A stretch of DNA of 33,271 nucleotides from an uncultured Candidatus Saccharibacteria bacterium (GCA_964367475.1 CAYIXQ010000003.1:8811-42081), one strand, 5' to 3'; counted from the first letter of the stretch, positions 19,493 through 28,002 are shown. The notes: generated by a model from the letters alone, not told the origin. Program-made: numbers and translations.

Positions 19493-20599
19493 CTACCCAA
19501 TAAGACGTTTTTGAGAAGCGCTGTTTTCAAGATTGAGATGCTTAACGGCTAATTCTGTAATCATGCGTCCGCGCGCCGTCCGCGCCAGAAATCCTAGCTG
19601 CATTAAATAGGGCTCATAGACGTCCTCAATAGTCTCTTCTTCTTCAGAGATGGCGGCCGCGATAGATTTTAGGCCAACCGGGCCCCCGTTAAAATTCTTG
19701 TGTATTACTCCAAGTATTTTTCGGTCGGTAGCTTCTAGGCCCAATGGATCTATTCCCAGAAGAGTCAAGGCTTCAGCGGCGAGTCGGACGCTGATTATAT
19801 TTTCTCCCCTTACCTGGCTATAGTCGCGGACGCGCTTTAGGAATCTATTAGCAATACGCGGAGTAAACCGCGAGCAGGCAGCGATTCTTGCTGTAGCATC
19901 GTTATTGATCCTGATCTTCAGAAGGCTGGCAGACCGCTTTAAGATTTGTTCCATTTCGTTTTGGCTGTAAAAATCTAACTTATAATGTACGCCGAATCTG
20001 GAACGAAACGGATTTGATAACAAGGAAATCCTGGTGGTGGCAGCAATGAGCGTGAAGCGGGGCAGATTTACCTGCAGCGTCTTAGCCGAAGTTCCCTTGC
20101 CAATAATGATGTCAAGAGTATAGTTTTCCATGGCCGGATACAGTGTTTCCTCTACTGTTTTATTAAGACGATGCACCTCATCAATAAATAAAAAGTCGCC
20201 ATCGGACAGGCCGGTCAAAATTGATCCAATATCACCGGATTTTTCGATGGCTGCTCCGGAAGTGATCCTAATGCCGGAACCAAATTCTTTAGCGATGATG
20301 TAAGCGAGCGTGGTCTTACCTAGTCCGGAGGGTCCGTGTATCAAAATATGCTCCAGGGGCTCATTTCTTTTTTTAGCGGCACCGACCAATATGGCCAAGT
20401 TCTCCTTAACGTTTTCCTGGCCAACATATTCACCAAATCTCATCGGCCGCAAAGCTAAATCCAGCACCTTATCATCAGCTTCGGGGGCGTTTGACTGTTT
20501 ATTTATTGGGGTTGATCCCGTTAGAGATAAGGAACCTTTGGTTCCTGTCGGCTCTAATTTGTGGGCCGGACCCCTAACGGGGTTGACATTGTTTTTCAT
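19493..20599 (-). CDS. ruvB: Holliday junction branch migration helicase RuvB
   Basis: LRP..EYVGQE, GPSGLGKTT, FIDEVHR, YEPYLMQLG..RTARGR; the N-terminus carries a repeat-derived extension. Confidence 0.97.
   Translation of the reverse strand: MKNNVNPVRGPAHKLEPTGTKGSLSLTGSTPINKQSNAPEADDKVLDLALRPMRFGEYVGQENVKENLAILVGAAKKRNEPLEHILIHGPSGLGKTTLAYIIAKEFGSGIRITSGAAIEKSGDIGSILTGLSDGDFLFIDEVHRLNKTVEETLYPAMENYTLDIIIGKGTSAKTLQVNLPRFTLIAATTRISLLSNPFRSRFGVHYKLDFYSQNEMEQILKRSASLLKIRINNDATARIAACSRFTPRIANRFLKRVRDYSQVRGENIISVRLAAEALTLLGIDPLGLEATDRKILGVIHKNFNGGPVGLKSIAAAISEEEETIEDVYEPYLMQLGFLARTARGRMITELAVKHLNLENSASQKRLIG
20508..20586. repeat. Small palindromic MITE/REP-like element in the 5' end of ruvB
   Basis: TIR ATCCCGTTAG (20515-20524) / CTAACGGGGT (20574-20583); internal GGAACC-ttt-GGTTCC hairpin; GGGGTTGA direct repeat at 20508 and 20579. 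Confidence 0.65.
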
Positions 20600-20611
20600 T
20601 TAAGTTAGAAT
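20583..20611 (+). promoter_or_regulatory. Near-consensus sigma70 promoter facing the 6S-like RNA
   Basis: TTGACA-N17-TAGAAT. Confidence 0.6.
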
Positions 20612-20667
20612 GGAAACAATAATCCCTGACCTATTAGGGATTTTAGTTTTAAGCTATTCAAATGTAA

Positions 20668-20833
20668 TAACCCCTTTAATCTGTAGGCAATGAGCCTTTT
20701 GCTTAAACACCAAGTGGTCTCAACCGGAGTATTCTCGCGGAGGGTAACCTGGTCTCGACTGGGTTAAACCTCGGTATTGCTCTACCTCGGACTTCCTAGA
20801 AGTCTGGGACTTGCCTACAGGTTAAAGGGGTTA
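20668..20833 (+). ncRNA. ssrS: Structured ncRNA, candidate 6S RNA
   Basis: 23-bp closing stem (20668-20690 with 20811-20833), central bubble, long apical stem and a 10-bp 3' hairpin; G-U pairs favour the + strand. Confidence 0.6.
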
Positions 20834-20835
20834 AA

Positions 20836-22506
20836 CTATTTTCCAATAACCCGTAAGACTTCTTCAACCGATGTCTCTCCAGCCAGGACCTTCAAAAGGC
20901 CGTCTTGCAACAGCGTCACCATGCCCTTCTTTTTGGCCAATGCCTCAACTTCAGAAATGGCCGGTGAAGCCAAAATAATTTTTTCAACTTCATCATCAAT
21001 TTCAAATAATTCATATACACCGATCCTGCCTTGATAGCCAGTAAAATTACACTCCGCACACTTGCCCGGATAATAAACTTCTACCCTCTCCACTTGACCC
21101 TGACCCCTGATATCTGGCGATAAATTTGCCAATTGTTCCTTCATCAGCTCTGCGTCGGTAGGCTCGATCACGCCTTTTTTCTTGCACTTGTTACACAGAA
21201 CCCGCACTAAGCGTTGAGCCATGATCGCGTTGATGGCGGGTGCGATTATAACCGGCTTAATACCAAAATTTATTAATCTAGGAATAGCTCCCGCGGCGTT
21301 ATTAGTATGCAGGGTAGAAAACACCAAGTGGCCGGTGAGGGCCGCTTGCATGGAAATTTCGGCGGTTTCGGCGTCTCTGATCTCGCCCACCAATATTATA
21401 TCCGGATCCTGGCGGATAATTGACCGCAGGCCACTAGCAAACGTATAGCCGGCTACATCATCAATTTGAGTTTGAGATATCCCTTGAATGTGATATTCCA
21501 CGGGATCTTCGATAGTGATGATTTTAACATCGGGACTATTAACATATTTTACGAACGCGTATAGGGTAGTAGTCTTGCCCGCTCCAGTGGGCCCAGTTGT
21601 TAAAATCGCACCAGTCGTTTTTTTCAGTAATCGCTTAACCGTTTTCAGTGTGTCGCTCCCCATTCCCAAATCTTCGAGCTGCTGCCTGATTGCCACTGGA
21701 TCCAGAATTCGCATCACAATATTTTCCCCGTAAGCTCCCGGGAGGATCGAGACGCGAACTTCAATGTCTGATGTTTCTTGCCTGATGGTAAAGCGGCCGT
21801 CCTGGGGAATATTATGAACATTAATCTTAAGCCCAGACATCAACTTGATTCTCGATAATAACTGACTATAACCAGCGCTAGAAAAACTAATTACATCATA
21901 AAGAATGCCGTCCAAGCGGTAGCGCAGGCGAATACTATCCTCTTCTGGTTCAAAGTGTATGTCTGATGCTCTAATCTTTAGCGCGCCGGCAACTAGGACA
22001 TTCAAGACTTGGCTGACGGGAAGTGAAACCAGCCGCTCCTTTAAGTCGGCAATATCTTTGATACGGCTCTGAAGTTCTGTCAGTTCGGCCTCCTTTATTT
22101 CCACCACACCCACATCCGTCTGGGCCTCTTTTTTAAACTGATATCTGCGCCATGCGAAAGCCAGACTTGTGTCAGAAACCAAAACCAGCGCCAGAGTATA
22201 GCCGTCATTTTTAAGATTCTCCAGTATTCGTTGCGTCTGGGTGTTCTGGGGGTTTAAGACAGCGACCTTTAACGTATGCCCGCTTTTAGCAATAACCGCC
22301 ATTTGGCCAGCGTGGGCTTCTGATTCGCTGATAATTGATAGGGCGGACGCGTCAATTGGAAAAGTTTTTAAATTAAGATATAATAATCCAAACTTTTCTG
22401 CCCTGTTTTTGGCACCCTCCTCAACCCCCTCCGCTCTAAGAGATTGGATTTTTTGGTCAAGTTCTCTTTCCAGGTTTTGATTTCGTCTTTGAGTTAATGT
22501 CGACAC
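20836..22506 (-). CDS. pilB: GspE/PilB family type IV pilus assembly ATPase
   Basis: ASDIHFEP, GPTGAGKTT, TIEDPVE, RQDPDIILVGEIRD, GHLVFSTLH, CxxC..CxxC. Confidence 0.93.
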   Translation of the reverse strand: MSTLTQRRNQNLERELDQKIQSLRAEGVEEGAKNRAEKFGLLYLNLKTFPIDASALSIISESEAHAGQMAVIAKSGHTLKVAVLNPQNTQTQRILENLKNDGYTLALVLVSDTSLAFAWRRYQFKKEAQTDVGVVEIKEAELTELQSRIKDIADLKERLVSLPVSQVLNVLVAGALKIRASDIHFEPEEDSIRLRYRLDGILYDVISFSSAGYSQLLSRIKLMSGLKINVHNIPQDGRFTIRQETSDIEVRVSILPGAYGENIVMRILDPVAIRQQLEDLGMGSDTLKTVKRLLKKTTGAILTTGPTGAGKTTTLYAFVKYVNSPDVKIITIEDPVEYHIQGISQTQIDDVAGYTFASGLRSIIRQDPDIILVGEIRDAETAEISMQAALTGHLVFSTLHTNNAAGAIPRLINFGIKPVIIAPAINAIMAQRLVRVLCNKCKKKGVIEPTDAELMKEQLANLSPDIRGQGQVERVEVYYPGKCAECNFTGYQGRIGVYELFEIDDEVEKIILASPAISEVEALAKKKGMVTLLQDGLLKVLAGETSVEEVLRVIGK

Positions 22507-22553
22507 GATATAATTTTAACACCGTTAGTTCATGATGCCCACGAACTTATTCA

Positions 22554-22639
22554 CCCCGCTCTTTCTTTGGGAACCACGCTTATTTAGAGAAAAAGCATAA
22601 TCACAATCTCAAAGTGTCATTCTCATAGAAAGAGCGGGG
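22554..22639. repeat. MITE/REP-like inverted-repeat element
   Basis: Perfect 13-bp IR CCCCGCTCTTTCT / AGAAAGAGCGGGG, extendable by TGGGAA/TTCTCA. Confidence 0.6.
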
Positions 22640-22774
22640 CCCACTTGTAAATAATTTAAATCCGTCTTGGCCCCCCTAAGGTTTAAATTTCGGTTTAGCA
22701 GTAATTAATACGCTGGTCAATCAACTGACAGTGGATAAGTGATTGGATTTATTTAACGGAGATAATTTGCCCTA

Positions 22775-22804
22775 TTGCATGGGGCCAGTGGGTTGTGGTA
22801 TACT
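22775..22804 (+). promoter_or_regulatory. Putative nusA promoter
   Basis: TTGCAT-N18-TATACT with TG extended -10. Confidence 0.6.
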
Positions 22805-22827
22805 AAAGCTTCCAGGTTGAATTACAT

Positions 22828-22855
22828 GAAATGTCCGCTAGAACGCGGACATTTC
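22828..22855 (+). promoter_or_regulatory. nusA leader hairpin (possible attenuator)
   Basis: GAAATGTCCGC-tagaac-GCGGACATTTC, 11-bp stem between promoter and start codon. Confidence 0.55.
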
Positions 22856-22877
22856 CATTAATTTGACCTCAGATAAA

Positions 22878-24191
22878 ATGCTGGATACAAAACAATTCAT
22901 TTCTTCTATCAAACAAATCACAGAGGAAAAGGGAATTCCAGAAATAAAAATAATTGAGACTATTGAGGCCGCCATAGCTGCTGCCTACAAAAAGGATTAT
23001 GGTAAAAAGGGACAGGTTATTAGGGCCAAGCTTAATCCGGAAACGGGCGATGTAAGCATTAGCCAGATTAAATTTGTGGTGGAGGGGATAGATGAGGAAG
23101 GCTATGTCACTGGCGAATTACCGGAACATGGTAGTAAATTTGATGAGCACGAAGACAATCAACGTCCGGCAAGAATTAATGAGAACGAACGGGCGGATGA
23201 ATCAGGACGGCGACCCGAAGACGCGACTGACAGTACAGAAAAAATTAAAATTAAATTCAATCCCGAAAAATATGTTACCCTGGATGACGCTCAAAAAATT
23301 AAAAAAAAATTAAAAATTGGCGATGAAATTGTCACAGCCTTAGAACCCAAAACTGATTTTGGCCGAATTGCTGCTCAGACGGCCAAGCAGGTAATTATTC
23401 AGCGCTTGCGAGAAGTCGAAAGAGAAGTCGTATTTTCTGAATTTAAACAGAAGGAAGGCGAAGTGGTCTCGGGTGTGGTTCAACGCAATGAGCGCCGCAT
23501 GGTTTACGTTGATTTAGGAAGAACGAATGGCCTACTTATCCCGGCCGAACAGATTCCTCAAGATAATTATCGCATTGGACAAAGATTGAGACTCTTAATT
23601 TTGCGAGTGGAGGAAACAAACAAGGGCCCTGCTATTCTTTTAAGTCGGTCTCATCCTAAGCTGGTATTAAAACTGTTTGAATTTGAAGTGCCCGAAATAG
23701 AGGCGGGCAACGTTGAAATAAAGGCGATCGCCCGCGAGGCGGGCTCTCGCTCAAAAATAGCCGTAGTTTCAAACGATGAAGGTGTCGATCCAATCGGATC
23801 TTTGGTTGGCCAGAAAGGAGTTCGCGTCCAGACCATTATTAACGAGCTGGGCGGTGAAAAAATTGATATTATTGAATGGAACGAGGACTCGGCCAAATTT
23901 ATCGCCCACGCTTTGTCGCCAGCCAAAATACTTGATGTTAAAATCATTGATGAAAAAAGACGACATGCGCTAGTCGAGGTGGCCGATGATCAATTTTCTC
24001 TGGCGATTGGTCGCAAGGGGCAGAATGTTAGATTGGCGGCTAAATTAACCGGCTGGAAAATTGATGTCAGAGCCCCCCAGGCAAAATTGTCGGCAGAAGA
24101 AGCCATGACCCCAGAAGGGGAGGGCGAAATATTACCGGAAGTAAAAACTCTTGACGAGGAGGCTTCTACCATCCAGTCTTCAGAATCATGA
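22878..24191 (+). CDS. nusA: Transcription termination/antitermination factor NusA
   Basis: FGRIAAQTAKQVIIQ, S1 and KH domains, AIGRKGQNVRLAAKLTGWKID; ATG 22878 preferred. Confidence 0.97.
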   Translation: MLDTKQFISSIKQITEEKGIPEIKIIETIEAAIAAAYKKDYGKKGQVIRAKLNPETGDVSISQIKFVVEGIDEEGYVTGELPEHGSKFDEHEDNQRPARINENERADESGRRPEDATDSTEKIKIKFNPEKYVTLDDAQKIKKKLKIGDEIVTALEPKTDFGRIAAQTAKQVIIQRLREVEREVVFSEFKQKEGEVVSGVVQRNERRMVYVDLGRTNGLLIPAEQIPQDNYRIGQRLRLLILRVEETNKGPAILLSRSHPKLVLKLFEFEVPEIEAGNVEIKAIAREAGSRSKIAVVSNDEGVDPIGSLVGQKGVRVQTIINELGGEKIDIIEWNEDSAKFIAHALSPAKILDVKIIDEKRRHALVEVADDQFSLAIGRKGQNVRLAAKLTGWKIDVRAPQAKLSAEEAMTPEGEGEILPEVKTLDEEASTIQSSES

Positions 24192-25474
24192 CTACGAGCC
24201 TGAAAAAAATGCCAGATTCCCAAGTCGAAGTGGTGGTGGACTTGGATAAAGACGATCTCCGAACGTATTGGCGCGAAACGGAAAAAATCTTGACTAATCA
24301 ACTTCGCTTGGATGGTTTTCGAAGTGGCAAGGTGCCGCCGAATATTGCCAGGCGCCATGTCGGAGAAGAAAAAACTCGCCAGGATGCGCTCACTTTGGCT
24401 CTCCAGTCAAGCCTGGCGGACACTATAAAAAAGGAGAAGCTGGAGGTTATTGATCAAAAAAGTTTGGTTATAAAGGAAAACAGCCCGGAAAAACTTGTTT
24501 ACAAAATAACCCTTACGGTGTTTCCAGAAGTTGTGCTCGGTAAATATACTAACCTAGCGGTAAAAATAAAACCGGTGGCGGTTCAGGATCGGGAAGTAGA
24601 AAGAGTTGTTTATGATATTTTAAAACTTCGGACTATCCGCGCTGAATCTAAAGATCCGGCAAAAAAGGGAGATCGGGTAGAGGTGGATTTCTCGCTTATG
24701 CTAAACGGGACAGTTATTGACGGAGGGAAAAGCGAAAATCATCCCATCATTCTGGGAGACAATAAATTTGCCCCAGGATTTGAGGAGGCTATTGTGGGCA
24801 TGAAAGCGGGCGAAACAAAAAAGTTTAGCCTTTCTATACCGGCGGATTATTATCAGACTACCATCGCTGGCAAGGAGTTAGCCGTAGAGGTTTTTTTAAA
24901 AAAGGTGGAGAACATTCAATTGCCCGAGTTGAACGACGATTTTGTCAAAAGTTTAGGGCGTTTTAATAGTGTCGAAAATTTGAGGGCAAACATTAAGCAG
25001 GGGCTTTTAGCGGAGAAAGAAACTAAAGAAAAAGACCGCGTGAGAATTGAAATTTTAAACAATATAATTAAACATTCGCAAATAGAAGTGCCAAAAATTC
25101 TTATTGAGCAAAGACTGGATTCGCTAATTCAGGATTTTGATAATGAGCTTCATCAAAAGGGCATGGAACTCGGGCCGTATTTGGCTCATTTAAATAAAAC
25201 TCAAGATGACCTGCGGAATGATTGGCATGCCGAAGCGGAGTCGCAGGTAGAGATGAGTCTAGTGGCTCGAGAGATTGCCAAAAAAGAAAAAATTCAGGTA
25301 AACGACGGCGAAATCGCCCAGGAATTTTCAGTTATGGCCGATCACTACAACCAGCGCGGTTTGAACGATGCCCTTAAAGAAATTGACCCAGCGGCAATAA
25401 AAATAAGGATCCACGACGTCTTGGTGAATGAAAAGGTGTTCGATTTTCTGGAGAAAAACAATGTAGTCGATTAG
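24188..25474 (+). CDS. tig: Trigger factor
   Basis: GFRSGKVP ribosome-binding loop; FKBP-like domain (PGFEEAIVGMKAGE). Confidence 0.96.
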   Translation: MTTSLKKMPDSQVEVVVDLDKDDLRTYWRETEKILTNQLRLDGFRSGKVPPNIARRHVGEEKTRQDALTLALQSSLADTIKKEKLEVIDQKSLVIKENSPEKLVYKITLTVFPEVVLGKYTNLAVKIKPVAVQDREVERVVYDILKLRTIRAESKDPAKKGDRVEVDFSLMLNGTVIDGGKSENHPIILGDNKFAPGFEEAIVGMKAGETKKFSLSIPADYYQTTIAGKELAVEVFLKKVENIQLPELNDDFVKSLGRFNSVENLRANIKQGLLAEKETKEKDRVRIEILNNIIKHSQIEVPKILIEQRLDSLIQDFDNELHQKGMELGPYLAHLNKTQDDLRNDWHAEAESQVEMSLVAREIAKKEKIQVNDGEIAQEFSVMADHYNQRGLNDALKEIDPAAIKIRIHDVLVNEKVFDFLEKNNVVD

Positions 25475-25512
25475 TAATACAAATCCCCCGCGTCAGACAC
25501 GGAGACTATGCC

Positions 25513-25893
25513 ATGTTTACTTCCTCTAAAAATTCTTTTTTTGTTCTAAGATTCAGTCTAGCGGCCGTATTTATCTGGTTTGGCACAGATAAGTTTTTAG
25601 ATCCAATTTATTGGCTCAATGCCTGGATACCCGGCTGGCTGATCACTTTTTTGGCTAAATTTAACATTTCCGGCACACAATTTATCTATATTAACGGAAT
25701 TTTTGAGATTTTGGTCGGACTAAGTTTAGTTTTTGAAATATTTATGAAAGCATTCTCACTTCTTGCCATACTTTTTTTAGTTACTATCCTTATAGTTAAT
25801 GGGTTTAGTGAAGTTACCATCAGGGATATTGGTTTAATGGGGGGCTTCTTGGCGATAATGCTTTGGCCCAACGATAGGGTCTCGCGCTATTAA
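25513..25893 (+). CDS. DoxX family membrane protein
   Basis: LRFSLAAVFIWFGTDK, GIFEILVG, RDIGL. Confidence 0.82.
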   Translation: MFTSSKNSFFVLRFSLAAVFIWFGTDKFLDPIYWLNAWIPGWLITFLAKFNISGTQFIYINGIFEILVGLSLVFEIFMKAFSLLAILFLVTILIVNGFSEVTIRDIGLMGGFLAIMLWPNDRVSRY

Positions 25894-26022
25894 TATTAGG
25901 ACTTACGCGCTGGTTTACAAACATTTTTCTCTCGATAGAGGGTTTAATTTACAGATCTGAATCGGCGGAAACCAGAGGTTTCTTACTTCTAACGGAATTG
26001 ACCTCCCGGGGGTTTTCGATAT

Positions 26023-26065
26023 ATATTAAAACCGCCCTTCGACAAGCTCGGGGCGGTTTTAATAT
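26023..26065. repeat. REP-like hairpin just upstream of the desulfurase start
   Basis: 15-bp perfect stem ATATTAAAACCGCCC / GGGCGGTTTTAATAT around TTCGACAAGCTCG. Confidence 0.6.
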
Positions 26066-26066
26066 C

Positions 26067-27236
26067 ATGGCCAGAAGAAGAATATATCTTGATCATGCTG
26101 GTGCCACCCCCCTTGATCCCAAGGTGGAAAGGGTGATTTTGGCTAATCTTAAATATTTTGGAAACGCCTCATCCGTTCATCAGACCGGATCTCTGGCCGG
26201 AAAAATAGTTTCCAACTCCCGCAAAAAAATTGCCACAGTTTTGGGCTCAAGACCAGAAGAAATTATCTTTACTGGTTCAGGTACCGAATCAGCCAATTTG
26301 GCGATTATGGGTGTTGCCAGAGCTTATAAAAGACTGGGCAGACACATCATTACTACCAACATTGAACATCAATGCGTTGAAAAAGCCTGCGAATATTTAG
26401 TAAAAAATGAAGGCTTTGAGTTAACCGTTATTGACGTTAACGACCGGGGCCTGATAGATCCCGCCCAGGTGACAAAGGCCATACGGTCGGATACAGTTCT
26501 AGTCTCTATCATTTATGCCAACAATGAAATTGGTACCATCCAGCCGATCGCTAAAATTGCCAGAACCATTCGCGAACACAAAAACTTGGGAACTAAAATG
26601 TTTGATTTACCACTTTTTCATATCGATGCTTGTCAGGCGGCTGGAACCTTGAAGCTAAATGTTCAAGAACTCGGCGTAGACCTTTTGACGCTTAATGGTT
26701 CGAAAATATATGGCCCAAAGGGAATTGGCTGTTTGTTTGGACGACATGGTGTCCGGCTCGAGCCATTAATTCTTGGGGGGGGGCAGGAGCGGGGTCTGCG
26801 GGCGGGCACAGAAAATCCTGCCCTCATTGCCGGTTTCGCCGAGGCGCTGGTCATAGCCAATAGAGACAGAAAAAAAGAATCACTTAAACTTTCAAAATTA
26901 CGTGATTATCTAATTAAAGGTATTCTGAAAAATATTTCCGAAGCTCGCCTGAATGGCGACACATTCTTGCGCTTACCCAACAACATTAATATGTCTTTCG
27001 AAAATGTGGACGGGGAAATGTTAATGCTGGCTCTGGACCGAAAGGGCATCGAAGTTTCTACCGGTTCAGCCTGTACCGTAGCCGAGACCGGCCCTTCCCA
27101 TGTTATGAAAGCCATTGGCAATCCTGACAATTGGGGAAATATCCGAATTACTCTGGGCAAACAAACAACAAAAAAAAATCTTGATTATGTCCTGCGTCAG
27201 CTAATAACGGTTGTCACCAAGTTGAGGAGTAGATAA
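26067..27236 (+). CDS. iscS: Cysteine desulfurase (IscS/NifS family)
   Basis: IYLDHAGATP, NNEIGTIQP, HIDACQ, SKIYGPKG, STGSAC; start moved to ATG 26067. Confidence 0.92.
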   Translation: MARRRIYLDHAGATPLDPKVERVILANLKYFGNASSVHQTGSLAGKIVSNSRKKIATVLGSRPEEIIFTGSGTESANLAIMGVARAYKRLGRHIITTNIEHQCVEKACEYLVKNEGFELTVIDVNDRGLIDPAQVTKAIRSDTVLVSIIYANNEIGTIQPIAKIARTIREHKNLGTKMFDLPLFHIDACQAAGTLKLNVQELGVDLLTLNGSKIYGPKGIGCLFGRHGVRLEPLILGGGQERGLRAGTENPALIAGFAEALVIANRDRKKESLKLSKLRDYLIKGILKNISEARLNGDTFLRLPNNINMSFENVDGEMLMLALDRKGIEVSTGSACTVAETGPSHVMKAIGNPDNWGNIRITLGKQTTKKNLDYVLRQLITVVTKLRSR

Positions 27237-27249
27237 GTCTGGTATCCGA

Positions 27250-27780
27250 TTAGCGCGACTGAACCCTGATAATAAATTGTTCCGGATTTTTTAGGTCATT
27301 ATCTCTATCTTCTCGCAATAAACGGACGATAGTTTTTTTGAAATTATCCCTGCCCTTCAGCCAGTCTTTAAGCAAAAAGCAGCCTTCCGATTTTCCGGGG
27401 CCCAGATGAATTTGAATATAGCGGCGAATATTTTTGCCAGTACCTTTCAGTCTATTCCGATTCCCTTTTTTACCGATGCCCGGCTCATACAGTTCAATTC
27501 TAAACCCCTTTTCTCCGTCGGTCCGGATATGACCCAGATAAGGTTTTTTAATTTTATTAGGTGGACACTCATTGTCCTTGCCGTATTTGGATGGCGACTT
27601 TTGTCCAAATGCAGTCACAACCGTATCTCGTGTGACCGCAAACTCTTGCACTGTGCCCGATTCGTTGAAAATAATCATCCGGTACGTCGGTACAATCTCT
27701 CTTTTCCCTTGATGGTTTAGTTCTGAATAAATATGGCTTTTGCCAATCTTCTGATTGGTAATGATGATCGAGATGGCCAT
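27250..27780 (-). CDS. Basic hypothetical protein with an L,D-transpeptidase-like H..SxGC motif
   Basis: IQIHLGPGKSEGCFLL; start ATG 27780 because the 27792 start lies inside tRNA-Lys. Confidence 0.6.
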   Translation of the reverse strand: MAISIIITNQKIGKSHIYSELNHQGKREIVPTYRMIIFNESGTVQEFAVTRDTVVTAFGQKSPSKYGKDNECPPNKIKKPYLGHIRTDGEKGFRIELYEPGIGKKGNRNRLKGTGKNIRRYIQIHLGPGKSEGCFLLKDWLKGRDNFKKTIVRLLREDRDNDLKNPEQFIIRVQSR

Positions 27781-27783
27781 TTG

Positions 27784-27856
27784 TCCGCCCATCAGGAGTT
27801 GAACCTGAAACCTTGGGATTAAGAGTCCCCTGCTCTACCAATTGAGCTATGGGCGG
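27784..27856 (-). tRNA. tRNA-Lys(CTT)
   Basis: Cloverleaf: acceptor CCGCCCA/TGGGCGG, anticodon loop CT-CTT-AA, T loop TTCAACT; no encoded CCA. Confidence 0.95.
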
Positions 27857-28002
27857 ATCAAGAAGTACTAACCAAAAAGTATCCTAATGTTTTAATATAC
27901 GATCCCACTCCGCGGAATTATGCTCTTCCGGGGAAATCCTTAACATCCTCGCAAGAGCTCGGACTAGATTTCCCATTGAAAGCCACGTAGGTGGCTTTCA
28001 AT

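Noticed and set aside
20668-20833. SRP RNA, tmRNA or RNase P RNA identity
   Set aside because: No SRP domain IV motif, no tRNA-like ends, no RNase P P4 signature; too short for the latter two.
20777-21034. 85-aa + strand ORF
   Set aside because: Overlaps the structured RNA and is antisense to pilB.
25998-26066. N-terminal extension of the cysteine desulfurase
   Set aside because: The TTG is a -35-like box and the extension reads through a hairpin; family similarity starts at ATG 26067.
26775-26783. G9 run as a phase-variation site
   Set aside because: It encodes the conserved GGGQE motif of a housekeeping enzyme and the frame is intact.
27569-27841. 90-aa minus ORF and the 27792 start of the 180-aa ORF
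   Set aside because: Both begin inside tRNA-Lys.
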